DNA of 63,968 nucleotides, counting the filler, from Lenisia limosa (Eukaryota; Protista; Breviatea), in NCBI GenBank assembly GCA_001655205.1. It is 13 parts of 13 records of this genome, joined end to end, with 100 filler letters (N's around TTAATTAATTAA, not from the genome) between each part and the next. Parts side by side here need not be neighbours in the genome. Positions count along the whole stretch, not along the records: positions 36,976 to 39,154 come from LPNZ01008096.1; positions 39,255 to 42,377 come from LPNZ01010805.1; positions 42,478 to 45,646 come from LPNZ01009417.1; positions 45,747 to 48,051 come from LPNZ01005074.1; positions 48,152 to 56,158 come from LPNZ01000495.1; 8 more parts are not named here. One strand, given 5' to 3'. Shown here in pieces: positions 36,976 through 48,490 of the stretch (positions within the stretch are counted from its first letter, which is position 1; each line of letters starts with the position of its first letter). Made by a program: the position numbers and the translations under genes. Below the pieces are notes generated by a model that did not search any database, was not told the DNA's origin, and saw nothing but the letters and a program-made list of their open reading frames with translations.

Positions 36976-39154
36976 CAACCCCTCGCCCACGCAAGTTGAG
37001 GGCCTTGTTCGGATATGAGTGTCCTCATTATATACTATACTACATATGATATACATATGTAGTATATGATATAAATATTTTCTGTGGTACAGTTCAACCG
37101 CTGGATCTTTATGATCCTAGTCTAAATAGAGACTTTCCTGCAAAATAATAAAGAACATTAACCCCCCCACGCCGGTTGAGGGCCTTGTTCGGACATGAGG
37201 CTTGCGGCGGCGTAGGTAAGACTAGCCTCTTGAATGTGGTCCGGACGGAGGGTTGCCATCAGNNNNNNNNNNNNNNNNNNNNNNNNNNNNNNNNNNNNNN
37301 NNNNNNNNNNNNNNNNNNNNNNNNNNNNNNNNNNNNNNNNNNNNNNNNNNNNNNNNNNNNNNNNNNNNNNNNNNNNNNNNNNNNNNTTTATGCAACAAAA
37401 ATAAAGCCCAAAATCAAGCCAGTTGGTTAGCTAGAACACACAAGGGTTGGAAATAACACAACTAAGTCCAGAGTACACAGGCATGTGATATCGAACATCA
37501 AAAACAATACACACAAACATATCGAACATCTAAAACAATACATACACACATATCGAACATCTAAAACAATACCTGCAAGTTCGTCAAGGTACCAGCTGAA
37601 GACGGCACACAAGTTTCCGGGTTGTGGTGCTGCAGCCAAGCCCTCCAGGATGGCTCGTCGTTCGATATCTGAAATTATGAAAAAAAAAAAACCCCNNNNN
37701 NNNNNNNNNNNNNNNNNNNNNNNNNNNNNNNNNNNNNNNNNNNNNNNNNNNNNNNNNNNNNNNNNNNNNNNNNNNNNNNNNNNNNNNNNNNNNNNNNNNN
37801 NNNNNNNAACAAATCCCAGGCCAGTCGCTTCTGCATCACCGCATCCTATCACTCCAGCGTTACATAATAGGAAAATTTATTTTAAAAAAAACCCAAAACC
37901 AACTCTTGAGTGGGGGGTTATTAGAAAATCTATGAAACAAAAACAAAACATGACCACAATCAACTCGAGCAACACACGAGGGTGGGGGGGATATTCGATT
38001 CCTGGGGGATGGTAAGGGTAAAGCTAACTCCACTTTATCAATAACATTACTTCCAGCTCCCCACTTAATCACTAACATTACTTACATCAATAACATCCGC
38101 CCACCACGTCACCCAGTCTAGCCAGGCCCGGGTCTTGACTCAGAGTCGCCGCCGCCTCGATGCTCTGAGTTATGACGTCATCAGCAGGGGGCTCTCTGCG
38201 GCCGCGCGGGGATAGTCGTCGCGATTGTGGCTGTCTGCANNNNNNNNNNNNNNNNNNNNNNNNNNNNNNNNNNNNNNNNNNNNNNNNNNNNNNNNNNNNN
38301 NNNNNNNNNNNNNNNNNNNNNNNNNNNNNNNNNNNNNNNNNNNNNNNNNNNNNNNNNNNNNNNNNNNNNNNNNNNNNNNNNNNNNNNNNNNNNNNNNNNN
38401 NNNNNNNNNNCTATATTTATGAAATAAAAAAAGCACTAAATGGGGGTACCGATTACCCCAGCCCCTCCCCCGAAAATAAAAACTATGAATGTATATGTGC
38501 AGTGAACGGGACAAGTCTTGGCCGATTTGCTATGGTTTACCAAGGAAAAATCGGTAAAGATCCCGGTCACTGTATATCATATACTATATATAAAAATATC
38601 AGATAAAGTATAACAGTATATTACACCCCCCTCCCCGCGCACGAGGGCTGGGCATTCGGCAAAAACGAGGATTTGGGAGGAACAGTTTTTGGAGGCTGAG
38701 TCAGGAGTCGAACCAGTGTTGAGAACCCGGGGGTGCTGGAATCGTGCCTGGGGTGTAAGCATTATTGACTACTGTAAAGATGGAAGACTTATGTAACAAA
38801 ATAAAAAAAAGAAGCCCGNNNNNNNNNNNNNNNNNNNNNNNNNNNNNNNNNNNNNNNNNNNNNNNNNNNNNNNNNNNNNNNNNNNNNNNNNNNNNNNNNN
38901 NNNNNNNNNNNNNNNNNNNNNNNNNNNNNNNNNNNNNNNNNNNNNNNNNNNNNNNNNNNNNNNNNNNNNNNNNNNNNNNNNNNNNNNNNNNNNNNNGGGT
39001 GAGAGTTTGTCAAGAGTTGTTTTTAATTTAACTGTTTTTTTCATTTCTCTTGAATGTTTGAATTGACCCCCCGCCCTCACATTAGTCCGGCGATAAGCAT
39101 GAAGGCGGTGCGGGAATTTGAGGTCATGCCTCTAGTCAGAAGCTGCAGAAGAGT
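36976..39154 (-). CDS. Hypothetical multi-exon helical protein fragment
   Basis: Exons DIERRAILEGLAAAPQPGNLCAVFSWYLDELA, DDVITQSIEAAATLSQDPGLARLGD, ARFQHPRVLNTG..ECPAL and LLQLLTRGMT..IAGL with AG/GT ends on the minus strand. Confidence 0.6.
37490..37570 (+). repeat. 31-bp tandem repeat x3
   Basis: ATATCGAACATCTAAAACAATACA.ACA.AC units. Confidence 0.85.
38498..38574. mobile_element. MITE family B copy
   Basis: CAGTGAACGGGACAAGTCTTG...CCCGGTCACTG-TA. Confidence 0.82.
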
Positions 39155-39254
39155 NNNNNNNNNNNNNNNNNNNNNNNNNNNNNNNNNNNNNNNNNNNNTT
39201 AATTAATTAANNNNNNNNNNNNNNNNNNNNNNNNNNNNNNNNNNNNNNNNNNNN

Positions 39255-42200
39255 CCGCATCCCAACACTGTGAGAAAAGGTCTTGGTAATGATATTTATA
39301 GGTCTAAAGCCCAATACCTGTTGTGCTATGTCGTGGCAGGAAGTCAATGAAAACTTCGAGGAAACTTGTCTAGGAAAATAACCAACAGGGAGAGCGGGAT
39401 AGTTTTCTGATCTTTTTCAACCACCCCCCTACCATGGCCTCCACCAGGTCCGGAATGTCCAAAACCGCCTCCAGGCCGGGCTTAACATCGTCCCATTGCC
39501 CGTCGCCTCGTTCGCTGACAGAAACAAACAGAGCCACCAATCTTGGGGGGGGGGGGTAAAATTAGAAAANNNNNNNNNNNNNNNNNNNNNNNNNNNNNNN
39601 NNNNNNNNNNNNNNNNNNNNNNNNNNNNNNNNNNNNNNNNNNNNNNNNNNNNNNNNNNNNNNNNNNNNNNNNNNNNNNNNNNNNNNNNNNNNNNGGGGTA
39701 TTCATTTGGAGCGAGAGAGACTGGCAATATCGGACCATTTTCTCACATCATATCGAAACAGAAAAATGGTCCAAGAAGTGGCACGATTTACCCCACCAAT
39801 TATCATCATCATCACCACCATCACCACCACCATCATCATCATCACCATCATAATCATCACTATCACGCATTACCATCACTATCACGATCATTACCATCAC
39901 TATCACGATCATTACCATCATCATCATCACCATCACTCTCATCACCATTACCACCATCATCACTGACAGTATCTCCAATTCCAAATGACCCCACTGTGGC
40001 ACAAAGTCTAAGGGCGTATTGGCAGTGCGCCGTCTTCGTTTTCCCCTAGTGTCTGAAGAGGGAAATTCCGAGTCCGCCTGAGACGTAATTTGAAGGGGAG
40101 AGGGGGAGGGGGGGNNNNNNNNNNNNNNNNNNNNNNNNNNNNNNNNNNNNNNNNNNNNNNNNNNNNNNNNNNNNNNNNNNNNNNNNNNNNNNNNNNNNNN
40201 NNNNNNNNNNNNNNNNNNNNNNNNNNNNNNNNNNNNNNNNNNNNNNNNNNNNNNNNNNNNNNNNNNNNNNNNNNNNNNNNNNNNNNNNNNNNNNNNNNNN
40301 NNNNNNNNNNNNNNNNNNNNNNNNNNNNNNNNNNNNNNNNNNNNNNNNNNNNNNNNNNNNNNNNNNNNNNNNNNNNNNNCGCTAAAGTTCCTCAGAATCA
40401 CAGCGGAGAGCTCTGCCAGCACCCCGAGTCGAGATGCTGATGCCTGGGTCCATGACAACTCAGGGGGCCCTAACGGGGGAGGTTAAACGAAGACATAAGC
40501 TAGGAACACACAGTATAATAGTAAAAAGCTCTTGTGTGATATAGGTACATATATATTATAGTATGTATATATAGTGATTGGGATAAGTCTTGGAGATCAC
40601 ATAGCAAATCGATACATATACATGTATGTATATATAGCTATACAATCTCGATATTGAACTAAAATTTGCCTCAGATTCAGCAACCTACAGTTAGCCGGTT
40701 GCTTGACACTGGGTTTATTGTCGAGTATAGCGTCCAGCGGATTTCCAGTGTAATCTAAGGGGGAGTTAGGATTCTCAGTGTAATCAAGGTGAGGGGAGGG
40801 GGGTGAAATCATGTTTAATATAGAGCCAAAGCCGTCCACACAATCACCCTTAAAAGAGATATTGGATTATAATAATATAGAATTGTATCAATCATATGCC
40901 TCACAACTCTGTGCACAGCTTTCTATGTGCCTCCCCAGCATATGACTATGACTAGGAAATAAACATGGGTGTATCTGCTATAGGACTGAAACGTCATTGC
41001 AAAAAGCCCCTTAAACATACTCGACGTTCGCAGGGCGTGTGCAGAGAGGGAAATTAGAACAGATGGATGAACCAATTGCTTGAGAGCTGCTGTCTGTGGG
41101 GAGTAATTGGAAAATGTTATAAAAAAGCCCAAAATCAACTCGGTTGGATAGCAACACACAAGGGTTGAAAACAACAAAAGCAACAAAGACCAGACAAATT
41201 GACGTGCATTATAGCTTTGTATGTAATAGGGCTTTACTTCGGTTCGAAAAAGAAAGGTGAAATATCGATAGTTTTCGAGAATTTATCGAGAATTTTTTTT
41301 GAACCGAATTGAACCCTAATGATTGCAAGTTTGACGACCACCTCACGTCGGATAATGGAATCGCCTCAATTCGGTGCAGTGAGGGAGACGAGAATTCCTG
41401 GGGACTGGGGGGTGGGTTAAATTGAAAATTTATGAAACAAAAAACCCCCCCAAATCAACTCTGTTGGCTGACAACACACGAGGGCTGATAACAACAAAAC
41501 AAACAAATCCCAAGTATGAAAAATGGGGGGTGCAGGTGGGGTACTAGAAAGTGTAATAATAAAATAAAACAAAAAAACAAAACCCAGAATTAACACTTTT
41601 GGCTAGCATTTGGGAAACACCGAAGAGTAAAAATAACAAAACAAACAAAGCTTAGGCAATCGCTTCTGCAGCGCCATCCCATCACTCCAGCGAGGTGAAC
41701 ATAATTGTATTTGGGGGAGGGAGGGGGGTAAAGTTAGAAAATTTCAGACAGATAACTGACACACACATTAACCGCATACCCCCTTCCACCTAGATAGAAA
41801 CAAGGATTGCTGCTCGGCTACCAGACCATTTTTGGGCACTGTAGAGTGAGAGAAATCGGCTCATCTAAAAAGGGGGTGGCAGCGTCTGTAGTTTAAAAAT
41901 AAAAACGGCTAAAAGTGGTATTTTTATGAACAGAATTAAAAAATAAAAGGTTAATTTTGCAAACACAGACGTTTTTTTGAAGAGCCGCCCCATTTTTAGA
42001 CAGACCGGGAAATCTTTTCACTCATCAAATTTTCTCTTTTTTGTTGAGGTGGCGAAAAGAAAATAATAAGCAGGAGCACAATAGGACAAAATTTGAAGAA
42101 CACCAAACAACCAACCATTTGCGTTTTGGATCAGTCTTGATACCTTCTTGAACTTCGTTTTCTCCATTTTCGGTTTCAACTGCTGGGTTACAACCAGTTT

Positions 42201-42377
42201 TATTTGTCATCTCTCTCTATAATTCATATCTTGACCGATTTTCCTTGGGGAAATCACATAGCAAATCGGTCAAGACATATCCTGGTCACTGTATGTCGTG
42301 CATGAAAATACCCACCATGGGAAGGGCGTCCTTCGTGAGTCCAAACAGAAGGGTTTTGACAGGGCGCGACAATACGG
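39255..42377 (-). CDS. Hypothetical multi-exon protein fragment
   Basis: Exons VKTLLFGLTKDALPM, EFSSPSLHRIEAIPLSD, TAALKQLVHPSVLISLSAHALRTSSMFKG, ASASRLGVLAELSAVILRNF, WDDVKPGLEAVLDIPDLVEAM|TSFLEVFIDFLPRH. Confidence 0.6.
39795..39965 (+). repeat. (CAT/CAC)n degenerate microsatellite
   Basis: Explains the His/Thr/Ile-rich ORFs at 39496-40049. Confidence 0.9.
40826..40935 (-). repeat. Family C element, sense to host gene
   Basis: Reverse complement of GGAGGCACATAGAAAGCTGTG(TG)CACAGAGTTG...CCAATATCTC...GTGGACGGCTTTGGC; fills most of its intron. Confidence 0.85.
41227..41318. mobile_element. MITE family A copy
   Basis: TA-GGGCTTTACTTCGGTTC...GAACCGAATTGAACCC-TA. Confidence 0.82.
41398..41760 (-). 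repeat. Head-to-tail array of about 3 family D units ending at an acceptor
   Basis: Tail at 41715-41755, degenerate full unit at 41555-41690 with CGCTGGAGTGATGGGATG head, 3' unit at 41398-41515 ending CCCCAG|GAATTC. Confidence 0.8.
41880..42005 (-). repeat. Family G dispersed repeat
   Basis: AAAAACGTC..TAGTTGCAAAAATT.ACCTTTTAT...AAAA.ACCACTTTT shared with about 47340-47460 and about 60320-60410. Confidence 0.7.
42227..42293. mobile_element. MITE family B copy (left end truncated)
   Basis: TCTTGACCGATTTTCCTTGG...ATCGGTCAAGACATATCCTGGTCACTG-TA. Confidence 0.8.
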
Positions 42378-42578
42378 NNNNNNNNNNNNNNNNNNNNNNN
42401 NNNNNNNNNNNNNNNNNNNNNTTAATTAATTAANNNNNNNNNNNNNNNNNNNNNNNNNNNNNNNNNNNNNNNNNNNNAATGGTATTAAAAAAACAACAAT
42501 CGGTCCCCATCAAACAATAATGGTATTAAAAAAACAAAACAAAACAACAGTAGCCCCCCCCCCAACCAGCTCTACCAC

Positions 42579-45497
42579 CATCGTATAGCCGCCAGTTGCC
42601 GCAGCACAAATGGAGTTCTTGAGGTCCGACGAGTGAGCGGATACCACTGTGAACCGCGGGGAGAACTGGGTATAGGGGGTGAAATTGGAAAATTTATATA
42701 CTATATAAAAAAAAAGAGCCCAAAATCAACTCATTGGGTCTCTGAATAAAACAAATAATAAGACTTAAATGGGGTTGGGAGAGAGCAAAAAGTAAACAAC
42801 AATGAACGTACTTTGAAAGCCCTGCGAATCCACTCGTTGACCATTCCGTGGGGATCGATCACTAAAGGCACATGTCCTTAAACAGTAAAAATGGCGAGGA
42901 CGTGTGTCAATTTATACAATTCCAATATGAAAGCCTTATGTGAATAGCACAACATAATTCCACTAATAAAACGCTGGGAAGAGGTGAAAGGAGAAATATT
43001 GCATTCATTCGAAATTCTTTTCTTTCTGTCGTTTTCTGTGTGGATGTTTTTTGTGTAGTCAACCGCTGGATCTCTGTGATCCTAGTTTCAATAGAGACTT
43101 GACTGCAAAAAAAAAAAAAAAAATCTTTTCAATTAATTTCCTCAAAACACGATTTACACGGAGTCATAAAAAGTTCAATAGCAAACAGCCTTTCAATGTC
43201 TTATTATACCAAGTTCCTAAAGGTACCGTCCTTATAATTCCCTGCTACCAGCAAGGGGAGACTGTGATGATGGTGGATGGTTAACAACGGATTTAACGAG
43301 GGACCCTGACAGGTTGGCGTGGTACCCTGAAGGAAGATTCTGGGGGGGGGGGGATNNNNNNNNNNNNNNNNNNNNNNNNNNNNNNNNNNNNNNNNNNNNN
43401 NNNNNNNNNNNNNNNNNNNNNNNNNNTGAGAACAATATAACAACCCCCGTGTGACCTCCATGTTGTTGGCAGTCGTGTCATTGGAACCAAGGATGGTGGC
43501 CAAGTCCAGCGGGAATGTGGGCGGGAGTGCTGAAATATTATAATGTGGGGTTGCTACAATGCAACCCTCTTTATCTACAATGGAGTTAAATAAATAATAA
43601 TAATAAAAAAAAACAAAATGGGGGTCTGACCGAAAATGACGTCATCGACTTGTTAATTTTCCACTGTCCGTGAATTGACACATTTCAATGATTTACAAAA
43701 TAGACAAGTAACTTCTAATCAAGCACATTGGGCATTAAATATAACACGAGGGTTCGTCCCAAGTGTATCAGAGTATCATTGAGACTTGTTTTTAAGTAGA
43801 ATAGTCCAATTGTGCTACAGGATATTCTTGATGATGGTAAATGAGACAATCTTTGTCATTAAATGACCCAACTTCTCAAAGACTTAAACAAAAAATAAAG
43901 ATTATGTCTGTATTCTAAGGCGGTGTAATATGATTTCAGTATCTCGTCGGACTGTAGTGGAACCCTCATTATACCCCCCCCCCGCACAGTTTTTCAGGAG
44001 AACGGCACGGACAGCGGAATGGAACGTATCGCGGGCGGCGGGTGTGAGCGGTCCGGAGAAGGTCACCATAGCTAAAATCGTAAAATTGGCAAATTAACAA
44101 TCGCAAATATCGACAATCTGTTCTTACTCTTAAAACCCACACATATATTACATTCTCTATACCCCCCCCCCCNNNNNNNNNNNNNNNNNNNNNNNNNNNN
44201 NNNNNNNNNNNNNNNNNNNNNNAACCCTCTTCGCGCTCCTGCCACTCCTCAACGTGATTCTGCAGCGTGAGGAGAGGGGAAATAGCAGGTTGTTAAATGG
44301 GAAGTAGACCGAAGACGTGGTAGGATAGTACTCGGCCACATCTAATACAGTTGTCCAAGACAGTGAAGTTTACCAGAAGTTGTCCAGCGAATTCAGTACC
44401 CCCCCCCCCCCNNNNNNNNNNNNNNNNNNNNNNNNNNNNNNNNNNNNNNNNNNNNNNNNNNNNNNNNNNNNNNNNNNNNNNNNNNNNNNNNNNNNNNNNN
44501 NNNNNNNNAATATCGATATTTTACCGGTCTTTTTTGGGATCGTAGGGAACCCATAGGTATTAGTCAAAAGCTACCACGATTGATTATTCGCTTCAGAACA
44601 CAACCAAATATTTATGTGATATCGTTCTATCATTCTATATACAATAACCTTATTTTTATTTTTATTTCTCATCGCTATATACAGTGACCGGGATAAGTCT
44701 TCCGATTTGCTCTATGATTTCACAAGGAAAACCGGTCAAGACTTATCCCTGTATGTACTAGATGATATATCATATTATATTACATATGCATATGTATGTA
44801 TGTGTGTCCATTTTAGCTGAAGTTTAGTGCTGCAGCCTTATATGGTCGTTCTTGCCACAGGCAATTGAATTTGCCATGAACGCATTATTTATACCTCCCT
44901 TCGCATTATTTATGCCCAGACCTCCAAGGCCGCCAGAAGAGACTTGACGCGCAGGCCGCGTGACCTGAGCGCCTCAGTGCGTCGCAATGAAGACGTTCGA
45001 CTAACTTCCTTATCGTTGTAGAGGGACTCCTAAGGGGGGGAGGGGTAAAATTGGAAATTTATGAACAAAAAAAAAAAAGGTGAGGCTCCCTTATCCTGGA
45101 CAAGTGTGAATGTATTTTGTGTACATTGGAAGACTTGGTGTATCGGCTAAGATTAAGCTGCTTTTAGTGAAGAGGGAGTATAGAAGACAATTTCGATGAA
45201 TAGGGGAGGGAATGGGGACTTCTGGGAGAGAGAAAGAAAAGATTATTGTGCTTTTGGTGAAGAGGAGGGAGAGAGTTGTTTTGGAGTAAAAATGGAGGGA
45301 GAGTTGTTTGTGCTCTTTTTAATAAAGATGGAGTAAAACGAAGGATATTTTGATGAATACGGAGGAGGTAGGGACTTCTGGGAGAGAGAGGGAAAGAAGA
45401 TTGTGTAATAACAAGAAGAATAGAACCGTCATCTCACCTGGAGACTTAGGTCGGTTTGCGAGTTGATGAGACGGTCTTGAAGGTCGGCCAGGTCTCT
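42579..45497 (-). CDS. Dynein heavy chain fragment (stalk CC2 to AAA5), divergent
   Basis: Ordered exons RDLADLQDRL, LRVKSLLAALE|NHVEEWQERE, MVTFSGPLTPAARDTF, LTIHHHHSLPLL|VIDPHGMVNEWIRRAFK|FSPRFTVVSAHSSDLKNSICAAATGGYT parallel the dynein motifs L..GL..E..RW, AAFISYLGPF...R, RWPLLIDPQGQA..WIK and LE.AI..G. Confidence 0.8.
44680..44753. mobile_element. MITE family B copy
   Basis: TA-CAGTGACCGGGATAAGTCT...GGTCAAGACTTATCCCTG-TA (internal deletions). Confidence 0.82.
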
Positions 45498-46187
45498 CTG
45501 GGAGGTAAGTGAAAATGGAAAATTTATGACACAAAAAAAAAAGCCCAAAATCAACTCTGTGGGCTGACAGCAAAACAAAGCCCAAGCCAGTCGCAGGAAA
45601 TGGTCTACATATGAAACATTATATTGGATTGAAGTATCTGGCCAAANNNNNNNNNNNNNNNNNNNNNNNNNNNNNNNNNNNNNNNNNNNNTTAATTAATT
45701 AANNNNNNNNNNNNNNNNNNNNNNNNNNNNNNNNNNNNNNNNNNNNCAAGATCCTTCTGTGGTTTCCACCACTTTTTGAGAGAATTCAACTTCAAGATTG
45801 TCTAAACACCGGAATTGGCAAAAAAACCGGAATTGTGAACGGACGCATATACTCTTATTCAATACTTATTGTTTATTTATCATTGCTATATCATTATTAT
45901 TATTATTGTATTGTATTATTAGTATTATCATAAATTTTCCAATTTTACGAGCGGTGGTGGGACTCTTCAAAGGCTGGCTCGGGCTTGGTTTTTTGTTTTT
46001 GTCATCAGATTTTTGTCTAGTTTTATCGGTATTGCTCGTGTTCGTTATTGCTTGTTTTTTTTTTGTTTGTTTATAGTTTCAGATTATTCAGTTCGTGAGT
46101 AGTAGCTTTACGCCAATATTCTTCATCGAAATTTCTTTCGTTTTACTCTTCCTTTCCCTATCTCTCTTCTTTTTTGTTATTATCAGG

Positions 46188-47592
46188 TTCATTCACCGCG
46201 TAAGCCAGTCCCCCGTCCTGTGAGGCGTAAAACCAGGAAGGAACGCGAATTGGAGCGGGCCCTCCTGCAGCGGCAGCGCGACTTGAAGGGCGTGGGGGGG
46301 GGGATATAGCTGTAGTATTTATATCATATGTACTAGTATATGATGTTGAATAATCACCCTCACCTCATCCCCTCGGGTAGATTCGAGAAGGTGGGGACTG
46401 AATGGGTAGCGGCCGCATAGGGTTTTGGCTTTCAAATTATACACAGTATATTTCTCTCTCTATCTCTTTCTCTCTCTTCCAGCTCACCCCCCAGCTCATA
46501 GTCCTGGAGGCCACGGAAGGAACGGTCTTCAGTAACGCCCCCCTCACTGAGTACGACCTGTTCATCCGCAGCGTTGGCAAGTCTACGACTGTACAGACGG
46601 GGTAGGAGGAGTCTTCAATAAATTGTTTTTTGTACAAGAGAAATAAGGGAAACAAATAAATACATAGGGAGACCATAAACAGATTTTCATACTTTCGCGC
46701 CCACGCTCCTCGGCGCCCTCCGTCTGAAACACACTAGGTGCTTGAAACGTTAATACAACTCTTCAACATCCTCCTTGTTAACTAAATGTAGTGTTCCTCT
46801 AATTTCCCCCTTAGAACCCAGGCCCCGGAACCTGGCGATGTAACAGAGGATTCAGCACAAACAGAAGGTCCAATGGGCAGGGTTGGGAGGGAGGTATCAT
46901 CATTTCTTAATATTTTTAATAGGGGGCATTTTTTTTTATTTCACTTGTGTTTTATTTGTTATTTTGGTGGAAGGGGGGGGGGNNNNNNNNNNNNNNNNNN
47001 NNNNNNNNNNNNNNNNNNNNNNNNNNNNNNNNNNNNNNNNNNNNNNNNNNNNNNNNNNNNNNNNATATCTGCTATTTTCATCATTAAAGTGTATTTTTAA
47101 CTTTTTCCCATCACATTGTAGTGCATGGCCACCCAGGCACCTGAGGAGCTCTGGTGTTCTGTTGATTCGTATGATGACAAACGTGGGGGGTTATACTGCT
47201 ATTATTAGGGCTTCACTACGGTCCCAAAAAAGACCAAATTCGATAAGTATAGATATTTTAACGGTCTTTTTTGTATATTGATAGATGCGATGTCATTTTG
47301 GATAACTAAAGCAACTCGAATCAAGATTTACGAATTGAGGCTGTCAAAAAATGGGGTGACCCTCTAAAAACGTCCATAGTTGCAAAAATTAACCTTTTAT
47401 TGTTTTTAATTTTGTTCATAAAACAACACTTGCATCACTTTTTATTTACGCTGCCTTTGATGAGCCGTAATTCCAAGCAGCATATTCGAATCAAAATTAC
47501 GATTTTAGGCCCAACCCGTACCGCAGAGAACATGGGCAAACTTCAGGCGTTTCTGGCCAATGTCCTTCCCGTCCTGGATTGTCTTCTTGGGG
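46188..47592 (+). CDS. DYNC2I1: Dynein-2 intermediate chain WDR60, internal fragment
   Basis: LIVLEATEGTVFSNAPLTEYDLFIRSVGKSTTVQTG, ATQAP and KLQAFLANVLPVLDCLL resemble recalled WDR60 LIDLD..[34 protein letters not shown] and RLCSFLRAACQVMAVLLEE. Confidence 0.7.
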
Positions 47593-48490
47593 GTGGGAGG
47601 GTATTGTAAAGAAATACTTACGCCATATACTTCATCGANNNNNNNNNNNNNNNNNNNNNNNNNNNNNNNNNNNNNNNNNNNNNNNNNNNNNNNNNNNNNN
47701 NNNNNNNNNNNNNNNNNNNNNNNNNNNNNNNNNNNNNNNNNNNNNNNNNNNNNNNNNNNNNNNNNNNNNNTCCCCTCTCCACAACCTCAGTTGAACTTTC
47801 TGTGTCTTCGCCCCCCCAGGTATGCTGCTGACATATGTTGCTCCCCCCGTAATTATCCATATCTCAATTTGCAGTCAGCCAACAGAGTTAATTTGGGCTT
47901 TTTTGTTTCATAAATTGTCCAATTTACCGGGCTTGTTTTTGTTCTTGTGTTTTTGTCGTCTGGCTTTTGTCTTGTTTTAGCGTTGGTTGTTCGTGTTTGT
48001 TATTGCTTCTTTTTTGTTTGGAGTTTCAGATTCTTCGGTTCGTGATTAGTANNNNNNNNNNNNNNNNNNNNNNNNNNNNNNNNNNNNNNNNNNNNTTAAT
48101 TAATTAANNNNNNNNNNNNNNNNNNNNNNNNNNNNNNNNNNNNNNNNNNNNACAATAAACCGAGGGGGGACGACTGGACTTTCTTTAATGGCTGCAATGT
48201 GTCGTGTTTTAAGATGCACACCATCTTCTCATTCTTGCTCTCTTCTTTTTACGCAATTTTGCTTTTGCTAATTCCCATTCCATGGGTGCATTTTTTGTAC
48301 TGTAGCATATGACATATTTCCATTTGAGTTGTAACCTATTTTGCTTTTGATTATCCTTTTTTACGCTATTTGCCTGTGTTACTGTGTGTGTTTTATTCTT
48401 TGGTAAATCCTAGTTTCGAAACAAACCTCTAACTGCAATTAGTTTCTTTTTTTTCATTTCTATTTTGTCATTTTTTTTATTCCATTGCAG

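Noticed and set aside
37176-37262. Small-GTPase P-loop GGVGKTSLL on the plus strand
   Set aside because: No other G motifs nearby; the minus frame fits the surrounding spliced gene and ends at a GTGGGG donor.
39496-40049. His-rich or Thr/Ile-rich proteins
   Set aside because: Translations of a (CAT/CAC)n microsatellite, open in several frames; likewise 33948-34225 and 921-1116.
33532-47592. Cluster of flagellar genes (DNAAF5, dynein heavy chain, WDR60)
   Set aside because: They lie on different concatenated scaffolds, so adjacency is artificial.
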